Notes: a model not told the origin generated them from the sequence alone. A stretch of DNA of 64,000 nucleotides from Candidatus Oxydemutatoraceae bacterium (GCA_965220085.1 CBDCOZ010000002.1:128001-192000), one strand, 5' to 3'. Shown: positions 40,305-50,620, counted from the first letter of the stretch. Numbers and translations: made by a program.

Positions 40305-40340
40305 GCATTCCGGCAGGCGCAAGAATGACCCGTTCCGTCG

Positions 40341-40736
40341 TTGTGGCAGTTGATGAGGCTAAATACTACACTGTTGCTGGTTCCGACCTTTCTGCTCGGC
40401 GGTTTGATAGCGCTGTATGCGGACGAGAGCTTGCTGCCAAAGATTCCGCCGGCGGACCCCGCCGTTGCGCAATGTGTTGAGCCGACCGAAGTAATGCGCC
40501 GCCGCCATCACGAATTCATTTTGCATCAGCGCGATGAGACCGTGCGCAAGGGCATCCGCACCGACCGCCACCGCTTTGTGAATTGCATCAACTGCCATGT
40601 GCAACCGGATGCCGCCGGCGACTATCCGCGACACACCGACAGCGACCACTTCTGCACCGCGTGTCATGTGTACAGCAGTGTCAGCATAGACTGCTTCGGC
40701 TGTCATGCCGACCGGCCCGAGGCGGCTTACGAATAA
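40341..40736 (+). CDS. dsrJ: DsrJ triheme cytochrome c
   Basis: CINCH, CTACH, CFGCH; HQRDETVRKGIR. Confidence 0.94.
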   Translation: MWQLMRLNTTLLLVPTFLLGGLIALYADESLLPKIPPADPAVAQCVEPTEVMRRRHHEFILHQRDETVRKGIRTDRHRFVNCINCHVQPDAAGDYPRHTDSDHFCTACHVYSSVSIDCFGCHADRPEAAYE

Positions 40737-40748
40737 CAGGAGCGGGCG

Positions 40749-41531
40749 ATGGGGCGGACATTTAACTATTCGCAAAGCAAGCGCGCACGGCAATCGGAGC
40801 ACTCTCCCAAGCGCCGCCGCTTTCTCAAAGCGACCGCCTTTGCGGGCATGACGATTGCCCCCGGGGTGTTGCTGTACAGACTCGGGCACACCGCCCCCCG
40901 CGCCGCGGACGAAGCGGTTACCGACAAGGTGCGCTGGGGCATGCTGGTGGATGTCAACGCCTGTGCCGACGGTTGCGATGCGTGCGTGCGCGCGTGCGAC
41001 GAAGAGCACGGCTTGACCGGCGCCGGACGCGCGCAGACCGATGCGCAATGGATACGCAAGCTGACGATACGCGACACACAAACCGGACACAGCAAATCCT
41101 TCCCGGTCATGTGCCAGCATTGTGAGAACCCGCCTTGCGCGGATGTCTGCCCGACCGGCGCATCGTTTAAGCGCGAAGACGGGATCGTGCTGGTCGACAA
41201 ACACACCTGCATCGGTTGTCGCTATTGCATGATGGCGTGTCCGTATAAGGCGCGCTCTTTTATCCATGAAGATTTGGACGGGCAACTGCCGCACGCGCCG
41301 CGCGGCAAAGGCACCGTTGAAAGTTGCACCTTGTGCGCGCACAAAGTCGATCGCGGCGACGGCACGACCGCTTGCGCCGACGCGTGCGAGCGGGAAGGAC
41401 ACCGCGCGCTTATCTTTGGCGATCTCAACGACCCGCACAGCGAGATTTCCAAGCGTCTGAGCAAACACGGCGGCGCTCAGATTCGCGCCGACCTCGGCCT
41501 CAATACGGGCGTGCGCTACGCGGGAATCTAA
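40749..41531 (+). CDS. dsrO: DsrO Tat-exported Fe-S protein
   Basis: RRRFLK Tat motif, CQHCENPPC, CIGCRYC. Confidence 0.95.
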   Translation: MGRTFNYSQSKRARQSEHSPKRRRFLKATAFAGMTIAPGVLLYRLGHTAPRAADEAVTDKVRWGMLVDVNACADGCDACVRACDEEHGLTGAGRAQTDAQWIRKLTIRDTQTGHSKSFPVMCQHCENPPCADVCPTGASFKREDGIVLVDKHTCIGCRYCMMACPYKARSFIHEDLDGQLPHAPRGKGTVESCTLCAHKVDRGDGTTACADACEREGHRALIFGDLNDPHSEISKRLSKHGGAQIRADLGLNTGVRYAGI

Positions 41532-41541
41532 GGAGCCGCTT

Positions 41542-42747
41542 ATGCTTCCGATACGTTACGAAGCGCTCGAAGGTCGTAGCCCGGGCTATATGGCGCTGCT
41601 CGGTCTGTTCGCAGCGCTGGTTGTCGCCGGCGCCGTGAGCGCCTATCACATGGAGCATCACGGGCATTATGTGACCGGCATGAACAACCAGATCGTCTGG
41701 GGCATCCCGCATGTGTTCGCAATCTTTTTGATCATCGCCGCATCGGGCGTGCTCAATGTCGCCTCCGTCGGCTCGGTATTCGGCAAGGTCGACTACAAGC
41801 CGTTGGCGCGGCTGTCGTCGTTGCTGGCGGTCGCGTTTTTAGTCGGCGGCCTGGCGGTCTTAGTCCTTGATCTCGGCCGTCCCGACCGCCTGATCGTGGC
41901 GATGACATACTACAATTTCAAATCCATATTCGCCTGGAACATTTTGCTCTATGCCGGTTTCTTCGTCGTCTTGTTCTTGTATATGTGGACGCTGTTTGAG
42001 CGCAGGATGAAACCCTGCCAAAAGACCGCGGGCGTGGCGGCTTTGATCTGGCGCCTGATACTGACGACCGGCACCGGTTCCATCTTCGGTTTTCTCGTTG
42101 CCAGACAAGCCTACGATGCGGCGATCATGGCGCCGCTCTTTGTGATGATGTCGTTCGCCTTGGGCTTGGCGCTTTTTATCGTGATTATGATGGCGACCGC
42201 CGCGCTCGATCGGCGCGCCGTGGGCGATTATATCCTGTTCAAGCTCAAGAATTTGCTCGCGGTCTTTGTCGCCGCCGTGCTTTATTTCGTCTTTGTGTTC
42301 AACATCACCAACCTGTACGCCGCCGAGCACGGCGGCATTGAACGTTTCATCCTGCTGGACGGCGGCATCTACACATGCATATTCTGGGCGCTGCAAATCG
42401 GCATCGGCAGCGTGTTGCCGCTGCTGCTGTTTTACCTTCCGCAAACGAGCCGCTCCCGCACCGCCGTCTGGCTGGGCTGTAGCCTGGTACTCGTCGGCAT
42501 GTTCGCCCAGTTGTATGTCATCATCATCGGCGGACAGGCCTACCCGCTGGTGATGTTTCCCGGCATGGAAGAGAGCAGCAGCTTCTTTGACGGTGTCGTC
42601 GCCGAATACACCCCCAGCTTGCCGGAGATCGTTCTTGGCATCGGCGGTGTCGGTCTCGCGATGGCCATCGTCGTTTTTGCGCTGGCGGTTCTGGACTTCT
42701 TCCCGCAGAGTTTGGCGGATAAACATTTTTGCGAACCATCCGACTGA
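41542..42747 (+). CDS. dsrP: DsrP (NrfD/PsrC family)
   Basis: TGMNNQIVWG, LDLGRPDRL, multiple TM segments. Confidence 0.95.
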   Translation: MLPIRYEALEGRSPGYMALLGLFAALVVAGAVSAYHMEHHGHYVTGMNNQIVWGIPHVFAIFLIIAASGVLNVASVGSVFGKVDYKPLARLSSLLAVAFLVGGLAVLVLDLGRPDRLIVAMTYYNFKSIFAWNILLYAGFFVVLFLYMWTLFERRMKPCQKTAGVAALIWRLILTTGTGSIFGFLVARQAYDAAIMAPLFVMMSFALGLALFIVIMMATAALDRRAVGDYILFKLKNLLAVFVAAVLYFVFVFNITNLYAAEHGGIERFILLDGGIYTCIFWALQIGIGSVLPLLLFYLPQTSRSRTAVWLGCSLVLVGMFAQLYVIIIGGQAYPLVMFPGMEESSSFFDGVVAEYTPSLPEIVLGIGGVGLAMAIVVFALAVLDFFPQSLADKHFCEPSD

Positions 42748-42777
42748 CCCGCCGTTTTTCGCAAATGGCAAAAGGCC

Positions 42778-44142
42778 GTGTCGCACATACTGATCAGCGC
42801 AGCGCATAAATCGTCCGGCAAAACGGTGATCAGCGCCGGCTTGTGTGCCGCGCTGACGGCGCGCGGCCTGCGGGTGCAACCGTTTAAGAAGGGCCCCGAT
42901 TACATCGACCCCGCATGGCTTGCGCTCGCCAGCGGTCGGCCGTGTTTCAATCTGGATTTCAATGTCCAAACCGAGCAAGAACTGAGGGAGACCTGCGGCC
43001 ACAGGAGCGCCGGCGCCGACATCAGCGTGATTGAGGCGAACAAGGGTCTGTATGACGGGCTTGACCCGGATGGTCACGACAGCAACGCCGCGCTGGCAAA
43101 GTTATTGCAGTGCCCGGTCATCCTCGTGCTTGATTGCGCCGGCATGACACGCGGTGTCGCGCCCTTGTTGCAAGGCTACGAGCAATTTGACCGCGACCTG
43201 TCCATCGCCGGCGTCATTCTCAACCGCATAGCGGGCCCCAGACATCGCGGCAAACTGGTCGCCGCGGTTGAGAAATATACCGATGTGCCTGTGCTGGGCG
43301 CGGTCAGCAAAGATGCGCGCCTTGCAATGCCCGAAAGACATTTGGGCCTGATTCCGGCAAACGAAGCCGGCGATGCAACGGCAATGGCGGAGGCAATGCG
43401 CGAGGCCGTCGCCGAGCAAGTCGATATGGACGCCATCCTGGCAATAGCGGCGAAAGGCAAACCGCTTTCCGACTTGCCTCCCGCAGCGACGACGAGCAAA
43501 GCCAGCAATTTGCGTTGCGGCATTTTCAGAGACAGCGCGTTTTCTTTTTACTATCCCGATGACTTGGAACGCTTTGAACAGTGCGGTGTTGAACTGGCGC
43601 CGATCGACAGCTTGCGTGACAAGGCTTTGCCGCCGCTGGATGCTCTGTTTATCGGCGGCGGTTTTCCGGAGACGCAAGCGGCGGGGCTTGCGCGCAATGC
43701 GGATATGCGCAATGCCGTTCGCAGCGCGATAGAAAACGGCATGCCGACCTATGCGGAATGCGGCGGCCTGATGTACCTTGCCCGCAACATCATCCGGCAC
43801 GGCGAGCGCTACCCGATGTGCGGCGTGCTTGAGGCGGATGCGCTGACGCGCGACACCCCTTGCGGTCGCGGCTATGTTGAATTCGCAGAAACGGATGCGA
43901 TGCCATGGCCGGATGTATCCGCCAGTCGCCGCTACCGCGCGCACGAATTCCACTACTCGCGACTGGTCAATGCAAAGAACTTGGCGGCGACCGCGATGAC
44001 CTTATCGCGCGGCGACGGCATCGGCGACGGGCGCGACGGCATCGTCTACAAAAACCTGCTTGCGACATATTTGCACCGGCGCAATTGCAAGGCGGATCAG
44101 TGGGTGCGACGCTTCGTCCGCTTCGCCAAACAACGCGCTTAG
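42778..44142 (+). CDS. dsrN: DsrN siroheme amidase (CbiA-like)
   Basis: SSGKT, FKKGPDYIDP, ERHLGL, AECGGLMYL, HEFHYS; last gene of the dsr operon. Confidence 0.92.
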   Translation: MSHILISAAHKSSGKTVISAGLCAALTARGLRVQPFKKGPDYIDPAWLALASGRPCFNLDFNVQTEQELRETCGHRSAGADISVIEANKGLYDGLDPDGHDSNAALAKLLQCPVILVLDCAGMTRGVAPLLQGYEQFDRDLSIAGVILNRIAGPRHRGKLVAAVEKYTDVPVLGAVSKDARLAMPERHLGLIPANEAGDATAMAEAMREAVAEQVDMDAILAIAAKGKPLSDLPPAATTSKASNLRCGIFRDSAFSFYYPDDLERFEQCGVELAPIDSLRDKALPPLDALFIGGGFPETQAAGLARNADMRNAVRSAIENGMPTYAECGGLMYLARNIIRHGERYPMCGVLEADALTRDTPCGRGYVEFAETDAMPWPDVSASRRYRAHEFHYSRLVNAKNLAATAMTLSRGDGIGDGRDGIVYKNLLATYLHRRNCKADQWVRRFVRFAKQRA

Positions 44143-44217
44143 CGCTCGCCTTCGTTCCGGCTCTGGAATTAATGATTGGGGTTGGTCGGCGGCTTCGCTC
44201 CGCCGGCAGGTTTGGCA

Positions 44218-45816
44218 TCACTTGCTATTGTCCTCGCAGAACTTGCCAAGATTTTTAGACGCTTTTTTTGTAACCTCCGAGTCGCCCGAAAGTTCGGCCC
44301 GGCGTTGGGCTTCTGCCCAGGCGGCGCACGCTTCGTTGAGATGCTCCAAATCATGCAGGGCGTTCCCCCGGTGAAGATGTGCCTCCGCATATTTTGGATC
44401 CAACGCAATAGCTTTGTCGCAGGCTACAAGCGCCTCCCGATGACGACCCAAATGATTCAAGACTTCTCCCCGATTACTATGTGCCATCGCATGTTTCGGA
44501 TTCAACGCAATGGCCTTGTCGTAAGCTACGAGTGCCTCCTCGTGACGATTCAAATCATATAGGGCAACCCCCCGATTGTTATATGCATCCGCATATTTTG
44601 AATCTAATGCGATGGCCATGTCGTAAGCTTTAAGTGCCTCCTTGTGACGACCCAAATCACGTAGGACGCACCCCCGATTGTAATGTGCCTCCGCATATTC
44701 TGGATCCAACGCAATGGCCGTGTCATAATCTTCAAGTGCCTTCTTGTGACAATCCAAATCACGCAGGACATTTCCCCGATTGTTATATGCATCCGCATTT
44801 TCCGGATCCAACGCAATGGCCTTGTTGTAAGCTGCAAGTGCTTTTTCATGGCGACCTAAGTCACACAGGGTGTTCCCCCGATTAATATGTGCCCCTGCCC
44901 CTCTCGGCTCCAACCTAATGGCTTCGTCATAATCTGCAAGTGCCTCCTCGTAGCATTCCAGTGCACTGTTGAGATTTCCCCTTTCAAAGTACAGTAGAGC
45001 TTTTTGTTCTCCGCTCGTACGGATTTTCTCATCAAGGTAAGCTCTGGTCTTGACAAAATTATAAGCTTTGCCGTTCGCGTTAGCTGCCGCAAAACCGGAG
45101 AAATCAGAGAACATAAAAGTTTCTGATATTCCTGATCGCTCAAGAATTCCCCTCAACGATTCTTTTTCTTCGTTCTGTACCTCGTAGGGGTTCCCATGAA
45201 AAAATTCCTCCCCGATGCTTGGTCGGCCAAAAATAAACAGCGATTGCTGGGTCACCATCCGGATATCGCTGTCGCCGGGTCGCCATGCCTGCAATTTGTC
45301 CGGCGGGTTTCTTTCTCCGAAGAAGTCTTTCAACTCTCCTTGTAATTTTTCACGGGTTTTGATTTCCTCAATTTTTTCAGGTTCGTCCAAGCGCAAAGCA
45401 AAAACTTTTCCATTCTTTTCGGGGTGGTCCTTGCAGGCGAACCACAGCGCAGCCAGAGCGTTTTCGGTGAAGTCAATCAAGCCGGTAGCGGCCCCGTGAT
45501 GTTGCAAGTGTGCCATGACTTCAAGCGGTTGCTTATCGCCGTGTTCGGAAAAGCGCATGAGCACCTCGTTCACGCGTTCATGCAAATAGCCGACAAAGAG
45601 CGAATGTTCCGCATACGAGTGTGGTTTTATTTTCTCCTTCAAGCGCCGATATGCGCTGGAGTCCAGTTCCCAATCGGCGTCGGCTTGGCCGCGAAAGGCA
45701 AGCCGCCCGTCCAAGTTTTCCACCCATTCCATATAGTTCCGCAACAGCATCTTGCCGTCTTGCTTACGGCCTTTCTTTGCTTTTGTGCGTTGCAATTTTT
45801 TGGGTTGTTGGGACAT
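44218..45816 (-). CDS. FRG-domain protein with 7 TPRs (copy 1)
   Basis: AFRGQ, LQHHGAATGLIDFT.N..ALWFAC, RM.TQQSLF; seven 34-aa NRG..L..L.R...A...D.AI repeats. Confidence 0.9.
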   Translation of the reverse strand: MSQQPKKLQRTKAKKGRKQDGKMLLRNYMEWVENLDGRLAFRGQADADWELDSSAYRRLKEKIKPHSYAEHSLFVGYLHERVNEVLMRFSEHGDKQPLEVMAHLQHHGAATGLIDFTENALAALWFACKDHPEKNGKVFALRLDEPEKIEEIKTREKLQGELKDFFGERNPPDKLQAWRPGDSDIRMVTQQSLFIFGRPSIGEEFFHGNPYEVQNEEKESLRGILERSGISETFMFSDFSGFAAANANGKAYNFVKTRAYLDEKIRTSGEQKALLYFERGNLNSALECYEEALADYDEAIRLEPRGAGAHINRGNTLCDLGRHEKALAAYNKAIALDPENADAYNNRGNVLRDLDCHKKALEDYDTAIALDPEYAEAHYNRGCVLRDLGRHKEALKAYDMAIALDSKYADAYNNRGVALYDLNRHEEALVAYDKAIALNPKHAMAHSNRGEVLNHLGRHREALVACDKAIALDPKYAEAHLHRGNALHDLEHLNEACAAWAEAQRRAELSGDSEVTKKASKNLGKFCEDNSK

Positions 45817-45883
45817 GGCTTGCTTTCCTTTAGTGATGGATTCTACTCCTCCCCTGCCAACCTTGCAAGGCATATCCCGCACC

Positions 45884-46175
45884 GGGACTTATATGCTTGA
45901 CTCCGTCCGGCCAACACCGGAAGCGGTTAACTGCGGCGCTTGGAATGCGCCGACGCGGTGGTAAAATGAAAGCAATGCCTATTCCGAATACGACAAAAGA
46001 AACATTGCAGACAACGGCACATAAAAATGTCCGCAAGGGTTCTGCTATCTTTACGGATGGAAGCCCTTCGCACAACGATGTTGCCAATCGTCATTACGCT
46101 GTTCATCATTCTGCCAAAGAGTATGTCGCCGGCATGCACGGAAAGCATATCGCTTATAACGGATTGACGGCATGA
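45884..46175 (+). mobile_element. IS1595-family remnant (putative end plus deleted transposase fragment)
   Basis: KAMPIPNTTKETLQ...GSAIFTDG...HYAVHHSAKEYV; GGGACTTATATGCTTGAC resembles IS1595-type ends (from memory). Confidence 0.7.
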
Positions 46176-46900
46176 CCGAAGCAATAAAACCCAATAGCGT
46201 GTTGTTAGGGGATTGTGTGAAACTGTTGCCAAAGGTTCGCGCATCATCTGTTGATTTGATAGCGATTGATCCGCCGTATGAGATAGGATATAACGGTTGC
46301 GATTGGGATCAAAAGGGCGGGTTAAGTTGGAACATCTTGGAACAAGAATTTACGCGGGTATTGAAACCCGATGGCAATCTGATTATCTTTCAGGGATGGA
46401 CGAATGTATCCCAAACAATCACAAGCCTGTCAAACTCTTTTCATCTTAAAAATTGGATCATTTATGACAGAATCAAAGGGCGAGGGGCAAGAACCAATCT
46501 CGTTTCTACGAGAGAGGATATATTATGGTTTGTCAAAGATACCGATAACTACACCTATAACAAAATACCATCGACGATAAAGAAAAAAACGGGGGGAACC
46601 ATCGGAAAGAAAAACGGCAATGCTTATAGGGCAATGTCCAATGTATGGACTGATATCGCGCCTATTGTGCCTTGGAGCAAAGAGAGGGCAAAACATCCCA
46701 CACAAAAACCGCTACAAATAATGGACAGAATCCTGCGCATATTCAGTAACAAAAATGACATTGTGCTGGATTGTTTTGCCGGCAGCGGCAGTACGATTAT
46801 TTCTGCCATAAAAACCGAAAGGCAATATATTGGTTTTGAGAAGGATGACAGTTACTTTGGAATAATACAAGGTAGGATTACATCAGAAAATGAAAAATGA
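46172..46900 (+). CDS. Beta-class N6A/N4C DNA methyltransferase
   Basis: IAIDPPY, HPTQKP, VLDCFAGSGST; AT-rich. Confidence 0.92.
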   Translation: MTEAIKPNSVLLGDCVKLLPKVRASSVDLIAIDPPYEIGYNGCDWDQKGGLSWNILEQEFTRVLKPDGNLIIFQGWTNVSQTITSLSNSFHLKNWIIYDRIKGRGARTNLVSTREDILWFVKDTDNYTYNKIPSTIKKKTGGTIGKKNGNAYRAMSNVWTDIAPIVPWSKERAKHPTQKPLQIMDRILRIFSNKNDIVLDCFAGSGSTIISAIKTERQYIGFEKDDSYFGIIQGRITSENEK

Positions 46901-47495
46901 TATAAAGCGTTTTAGGGATGGGATTATTGATGTTAATACCCGACAATTTGGAAGAGTGGCGGAAGTCATTGTAAAGATATTGCGAGATTTGTTAGAAAGT
47001 GGTGATCTTAAGTTTGATTTAATTGAAGAGATGACTTCTAACAAAATTGAAGTGAAAGCATCAAAGGTATTAAGGGCAAACAAATTAAAGATTGATGAAA
47101 GTAACTTCTATGATGTAATTATAAAAAATAGTAACAGGGATAGGTTATTAGCCACTACCGATATTGATACTAAAAAGTTTGACTGCAACATACAACAAAT
47201 AAAAGCCAAACTATTTGACAAATTAGTTTATTTGCTATTTTTTAAGGATGCGGTAGAGATATTTGAAGTTGATTGTGATGCTATTGTGGCAGACCCCTCA
47301 ATCCTATACGTTGACAAGCAACACAGAGGCAATATAGGCGAGGGGCAATTTCATGTGAATAACAAAACCTATCCGCACCACAAACAAAACTATTTTGTGC
47401 GGGCAGTTACTTATGAGGAACTTGTAAATGAAGCAAAAAGATCCGGACAGAGCGGCAAGGGCATGACTAAACGCGAGAAGACCGCCAAGGGATAA
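46890..47495 (+). CDS. Putative type II restriction endonuclease
   Basis: G..AE...FDL...KIEVKAS PD-(D/E)xK pattern; overlaps the MTase; very AT-rich. Confidence 0.6.
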   Translation: MKNDIKRFRDGIIDVNTRQFGRVAEVIVKILRDLLESGDLKFDLIEEMTSNKIEVKASKVLRANKLKIDESNFYDVIIKNSNRDRLLATTDIDTKKFDCNIQQIKAKLFDKLVYLLFFKDAVEIFEVDCDAIVADPSILYVDKQHRGNIGEGQFHVNNKTYPHHKQNYFVRAVTYEELVNEAKRSGQSGKGMTKREKTAKG

Positions 47496-47630
47496 AGGTT
47501 GTCCGATACCAAGGCTGACCCAAACCGTTAACTGTACGAAAGGACGTAAGATGGATTCGACGGGTTTGGCAAAGATTGCCTCCAAACATGCGATAAGCCA
47601 ATAAAATGCAGCCCGAATAAGCGAGAGACA

Positions 47631-49238
47631 TCATGCGCTATTGTCCTCGCAAAACGCGCCGAGTTTCTGAGACGCTTCTGCCGCCACCGCCGCATCACCG
47701 GCAAGCTCGGCCAGCCGTCGGGCTTCTGCCCAAGCAACGCGCGCCTCTTGGAGGCGCTCCAAATCATGCAGGGCGTTCCCCCGATTATGATGCGCCGTCG
47801 CATCTGTCGGCTGCAACTTAATGGCCGTGTCAAAAGCCTCAAGCGCCTCCCGATGACGGCCCAAATGGCTCAGGGCTTCTCCCCGGTTACTATGCGCCAT
47901 CGCATGTTGCGGCCGCACCGCAATCGCCTTGTCGTACGCCTCAAGCGCCGCCTCGTAGCGCTCCAAGTCATACAGGGCGGTGCCCCGATTGTTATGCGCC
48001 TTCGCATCCTCAGGATTCAGCGCGATGGTCTTGTCGCAAGCCGTGAGCGCCTCCTCATAGCGCCCCAAATCGCGCAGCGCCGCCCCCCGATTGTTATGCG
48101 CCTCCGCATCGTCCGGGTCCAACGCAATAGCCGTGTCGTACGCCGCAAGCGCATCCTGCGGGCGATGCAAATCGCGCAGGACATTGCCCCGATTGTAATG
48201 CGCCTTCGCATATTCCGGATTCAGCGCGATGGCCTTGTCGTACGCCGCAAGCGCCTCCTGCGGGCGATGCAAATTGCGCAGCGTAATCCCGCGGTTATAA
48301 TGCGCCTTCGCATATTTTGCATCCAGCGCGATGGCCTTGTCGTAATCCGCCAGCGCATCCTCGTGGCACTCCAGCGCACTGTTGAGATTGCCCCGTTCAA
48401 AATAGCGCAGCGACAGCGTCTCTTGTTCGCCGTCGGTACGGATTTTCTCATCGAGGTAAGCCCGGGTCTTGACAAAATCATAAGCCTTGTCGTTCGCGTT
48501 CGCCGCCGCAAGGCCGGCGAGATCGGAAAACATAAACGTCTCCGATATTCCCGATTGCTCAAGGATGCGCAACAACAATTCTTTCTCCTCGCGCCGCACC
48601 TCGTAGGGCCGCCCGTGAAAAAATTCTTTCCCGATGCCGGGCCGCCCAAAGATAAACAGCGACTGCTGGGTTACCATCCGGATATTGCTGTCGCCGGGAC
48701 ACCACGCCTGCAATTTGTCCGGCGGTTCTCTCTCGCCAAAGAAGTCTTTCAACTCCCCTTTCAATTTTCCGCGCGCTTTGATCTCCTCAATCTTTTCGGG
48801 CTCGTCCAAGCGCAAGGCAAACACCTTCCCGTTCTTCTCAAGTTGGTCCTTGCAAGCGAACCACAGCGCGGTCAGGGCGTTTTCGGTGAAGTCAATCAAG
48901 CCGGTCGCGGCGCCGTAATGTTGCAAGTGCGCCATGATTTCAAGCGGTTGCTTATCGCCGTGTTCGGAAAAGCGCATGAGCGCCTCGTTCACGCGTTCGT
49001 GCAGATAGCCGACAAACAGCGAATGTTCCGCATACGGGTGTTGTTCTATCTTCCGCTTCAAGCGCCGATATGCGCCGGAGTCCAACCCCCAATCGGCGTC
49101 GGCCTGACCGCGAAAGGCAAGCCGCCCTTGCAACGGCATCACCCAACGCATATAGTTTGCCAAGGCTTCGCGGGCTTTTTCCTCCGCCGTGCCGGACGGT
49201 TGCGCAGGTTGCGGCAATTTTTCGGGTTGTCGGGGCAT
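47631..49238 (-). CDS. FRG-domain protein with 7 TPRs (copy 2)
   Basis: Paralog of 44218-45816, including about 80 bp of upstream DNA. Confidence 0.9.
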   Translation of the reverse strand: MPRQPEKLPQPAQPSGTAEEKAREALANYMRWVMPLQGRLAFRGQADADWGLDSGAYRRLKRKIEQHPYAEHSLFVGYLHERVNEALMRFSEHGDKQPLEIMAHLQHYGAATGLIDFTENALTALWFACKDQLEKNGKVFALRLDEPEKIEEIKARGKLKGELKDFFGEREPPDKLQAWCPGDSNIRMVTQQSLFIFGRPGIGKEFFHGRPYEVRREEKELLLRILEQSGISETFMFSDLAGLAAANANDKAYDFVKTRAYLDEKIRTDGEQETLSLRYFERGNLNSALECHEDALADYDKAIALDAKYAKAHYNRGITLRNLHRPQEALAAYDKAIALNPEYAKAHYNRGNVLRDLHRPQDALAAYDTAIALDPDDAEAHNNRGAALRDLGRYEEALTACDKTIALNPEDAKAHNNRGTALYDLERYEAALEAYDKAIAVRPQHAMAHSNRGEALSHLGRHREALEAFDTAIKLQPTDATAHHNRGNALHDLERLQEARVAWAEARRLAELAGDAAVAAEASQKLGAFCEDNSA

Positions 49239-49409
49239 ATCTGCTTTCCTCCAGTGACGGATTCTACCCTTCCCCCGCAAACCCCGCAAGGCATCCCCGC
49301 GCCGAGACTGATATGCTTGCCTCCGCTTCGCTCCAACACCTCCGCAGCGCTTCTGGGGCGCTACAATACATGCGACGTATTCGTCAAAAATAATGAGGGG
49401 GACTTTCTC

Positions 49410-49673
49410 ATGACAACACACCGCACACGACAGGAAGAAGCAGATCGCAACAGCGAAGCGCTTGACAAATTATTGCCGCAGTATATTCAAGATAATTTTG
49501 CGGGGCAATATGCTTTGATGCGCGATGGCAAGGTCGAACTCATCCTTAAAGGTTTTCACGTTGCCGTCATGGCAGGAAACAGGATGTTTAAGGATCGGTT
49601 ATTTTCTGTTGAGAAGATCACCGACGCGCCTATCCATTTGGGATTTTATTCTTACTTTCATCCCGGCTCTTGA
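49410..49673 (+). CDS. Small hypothetical protein (DUF5678-like)
   Basis: GAGGGG RBS; N.EA...LP...GQYALMRDG...G...F...FS.....PIHLG; appears only as the tail of shadow ORF 47748-49673. Confidence 0.6.
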   Translation: MTTHRTRQEEADRNSEALDKLLPQYIQDNFAGQYALMRDGKVELILKGFHVAVMAGNRMFKDRLFSVEKITDAPIHLGFYSYFHPGS

Positions 49674-49957
49674 TCACATTGCCATCATAAGCCGGCCTCG
49701 CGCCCGCCCCTCTGCCACCGAGGGCATCCGTGCGATCTAAGGGGGTCACATTCTCCCGGTTCAACCCGCAAGCCGCAGAACCGATTGCCCAAGCGGTGAT
49801 ACACCGTTAGAACCGCGCTGACACAGCGCACGGATTCCGCGTGCCATCGCGCTTGTGAGTTGGTCATGTGCGCACTCAATTCCGTGCGCAGAACTCGCGC
49901 TATCGCAGCCGGCCTTCCAGACGGAGTGTGTCGCGCAAGCGCTGTGGGTTGCTCGCG

Positions 49958-50190
49958 CTATCGCAACGGGCCCTCAAGAAAGAGGCGCAACCGCAAGCGT
50001 ATATCGGTAGACTTCAGGTTGATGGTCATCGTATGGAGGACGCTGGAGTCGGTGCCATCGCTGACTCTGAAGGTGAAACTGGCGTAGCCATCCATGCCGC
50101 CGACCCCAGGTACCGGAGAAAACCTCAGGTCGCCTATATTCGCTTGCGGTTGCGCCTCATTAAATGTTATCTGCGTATCATAAACAATAC
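49958..50190 (-). pseudogene. Orphan C-terminal fragment of a cadherin-like protein ending IRLRLRLFLEGPLR
   Basis: GDLRFSP...YASFTFRVSDG...HTMTINL aligns with the last repeat of 56851-58869; no signal peptide; 5' boundary approximate. Confidence 0.75.
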
Positions 50191-50412
50191 GCAGATAACT
50201 CGGTAGCGGTTTTGGGTCTGCCGATAGGCAGATGCGCCGACGCAAGTTTTCAGGAACGCGGAAGGGACGAGGCGTCTGTCGGTTATGCCGAATGCGGCGG
50301 TGGATACGTGTATAGCATGGATGCTCGGAGTGTCAGTCCGTAGTCCTTTCCGTGGTGTTCCGGTGTTAAATCATAGCCAGATGGTCTGTTCGACCCCCCG
50401 TAAAGGGCTTCA

Positions 50413-50620
50413 AATGACCTATCTCTGCTCTTTTAAGCCGGAAGTGGCCGCTTTTAGAAGGCTTCGATGCCGTATGATGGCCTATTGTTGCAGAATACCG
50501 TGTTGAAACCGGAAATCCGGCGTATTTTTGGCGTTATCAAGAGATATCGGGCATATTGGCAGGTTTCGTTTGCGTTAAAATATGGAATTCCGTATAAATC
50601 ATACAGATATTATACACAGG
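50413..50620. repeat. About 210-bp non-coding repeat, copy 1
   Basis: Matches 53457-53664 (AAGTGGCCGCTTTTAGA, TTGCAGAATACCGTGTTG, ATCCGGCGTATTTTTGGCGTTAT, CAGATATTATACACAGG). Confidence 0.85.

Noticed and set aside
47748-49409. 641-aa plus-strand ORF with periodic motifs
   Set aside because: Antisense of the TPR repeats; only the last 87 codons (from 49410, with an RBS) look like a real gene.
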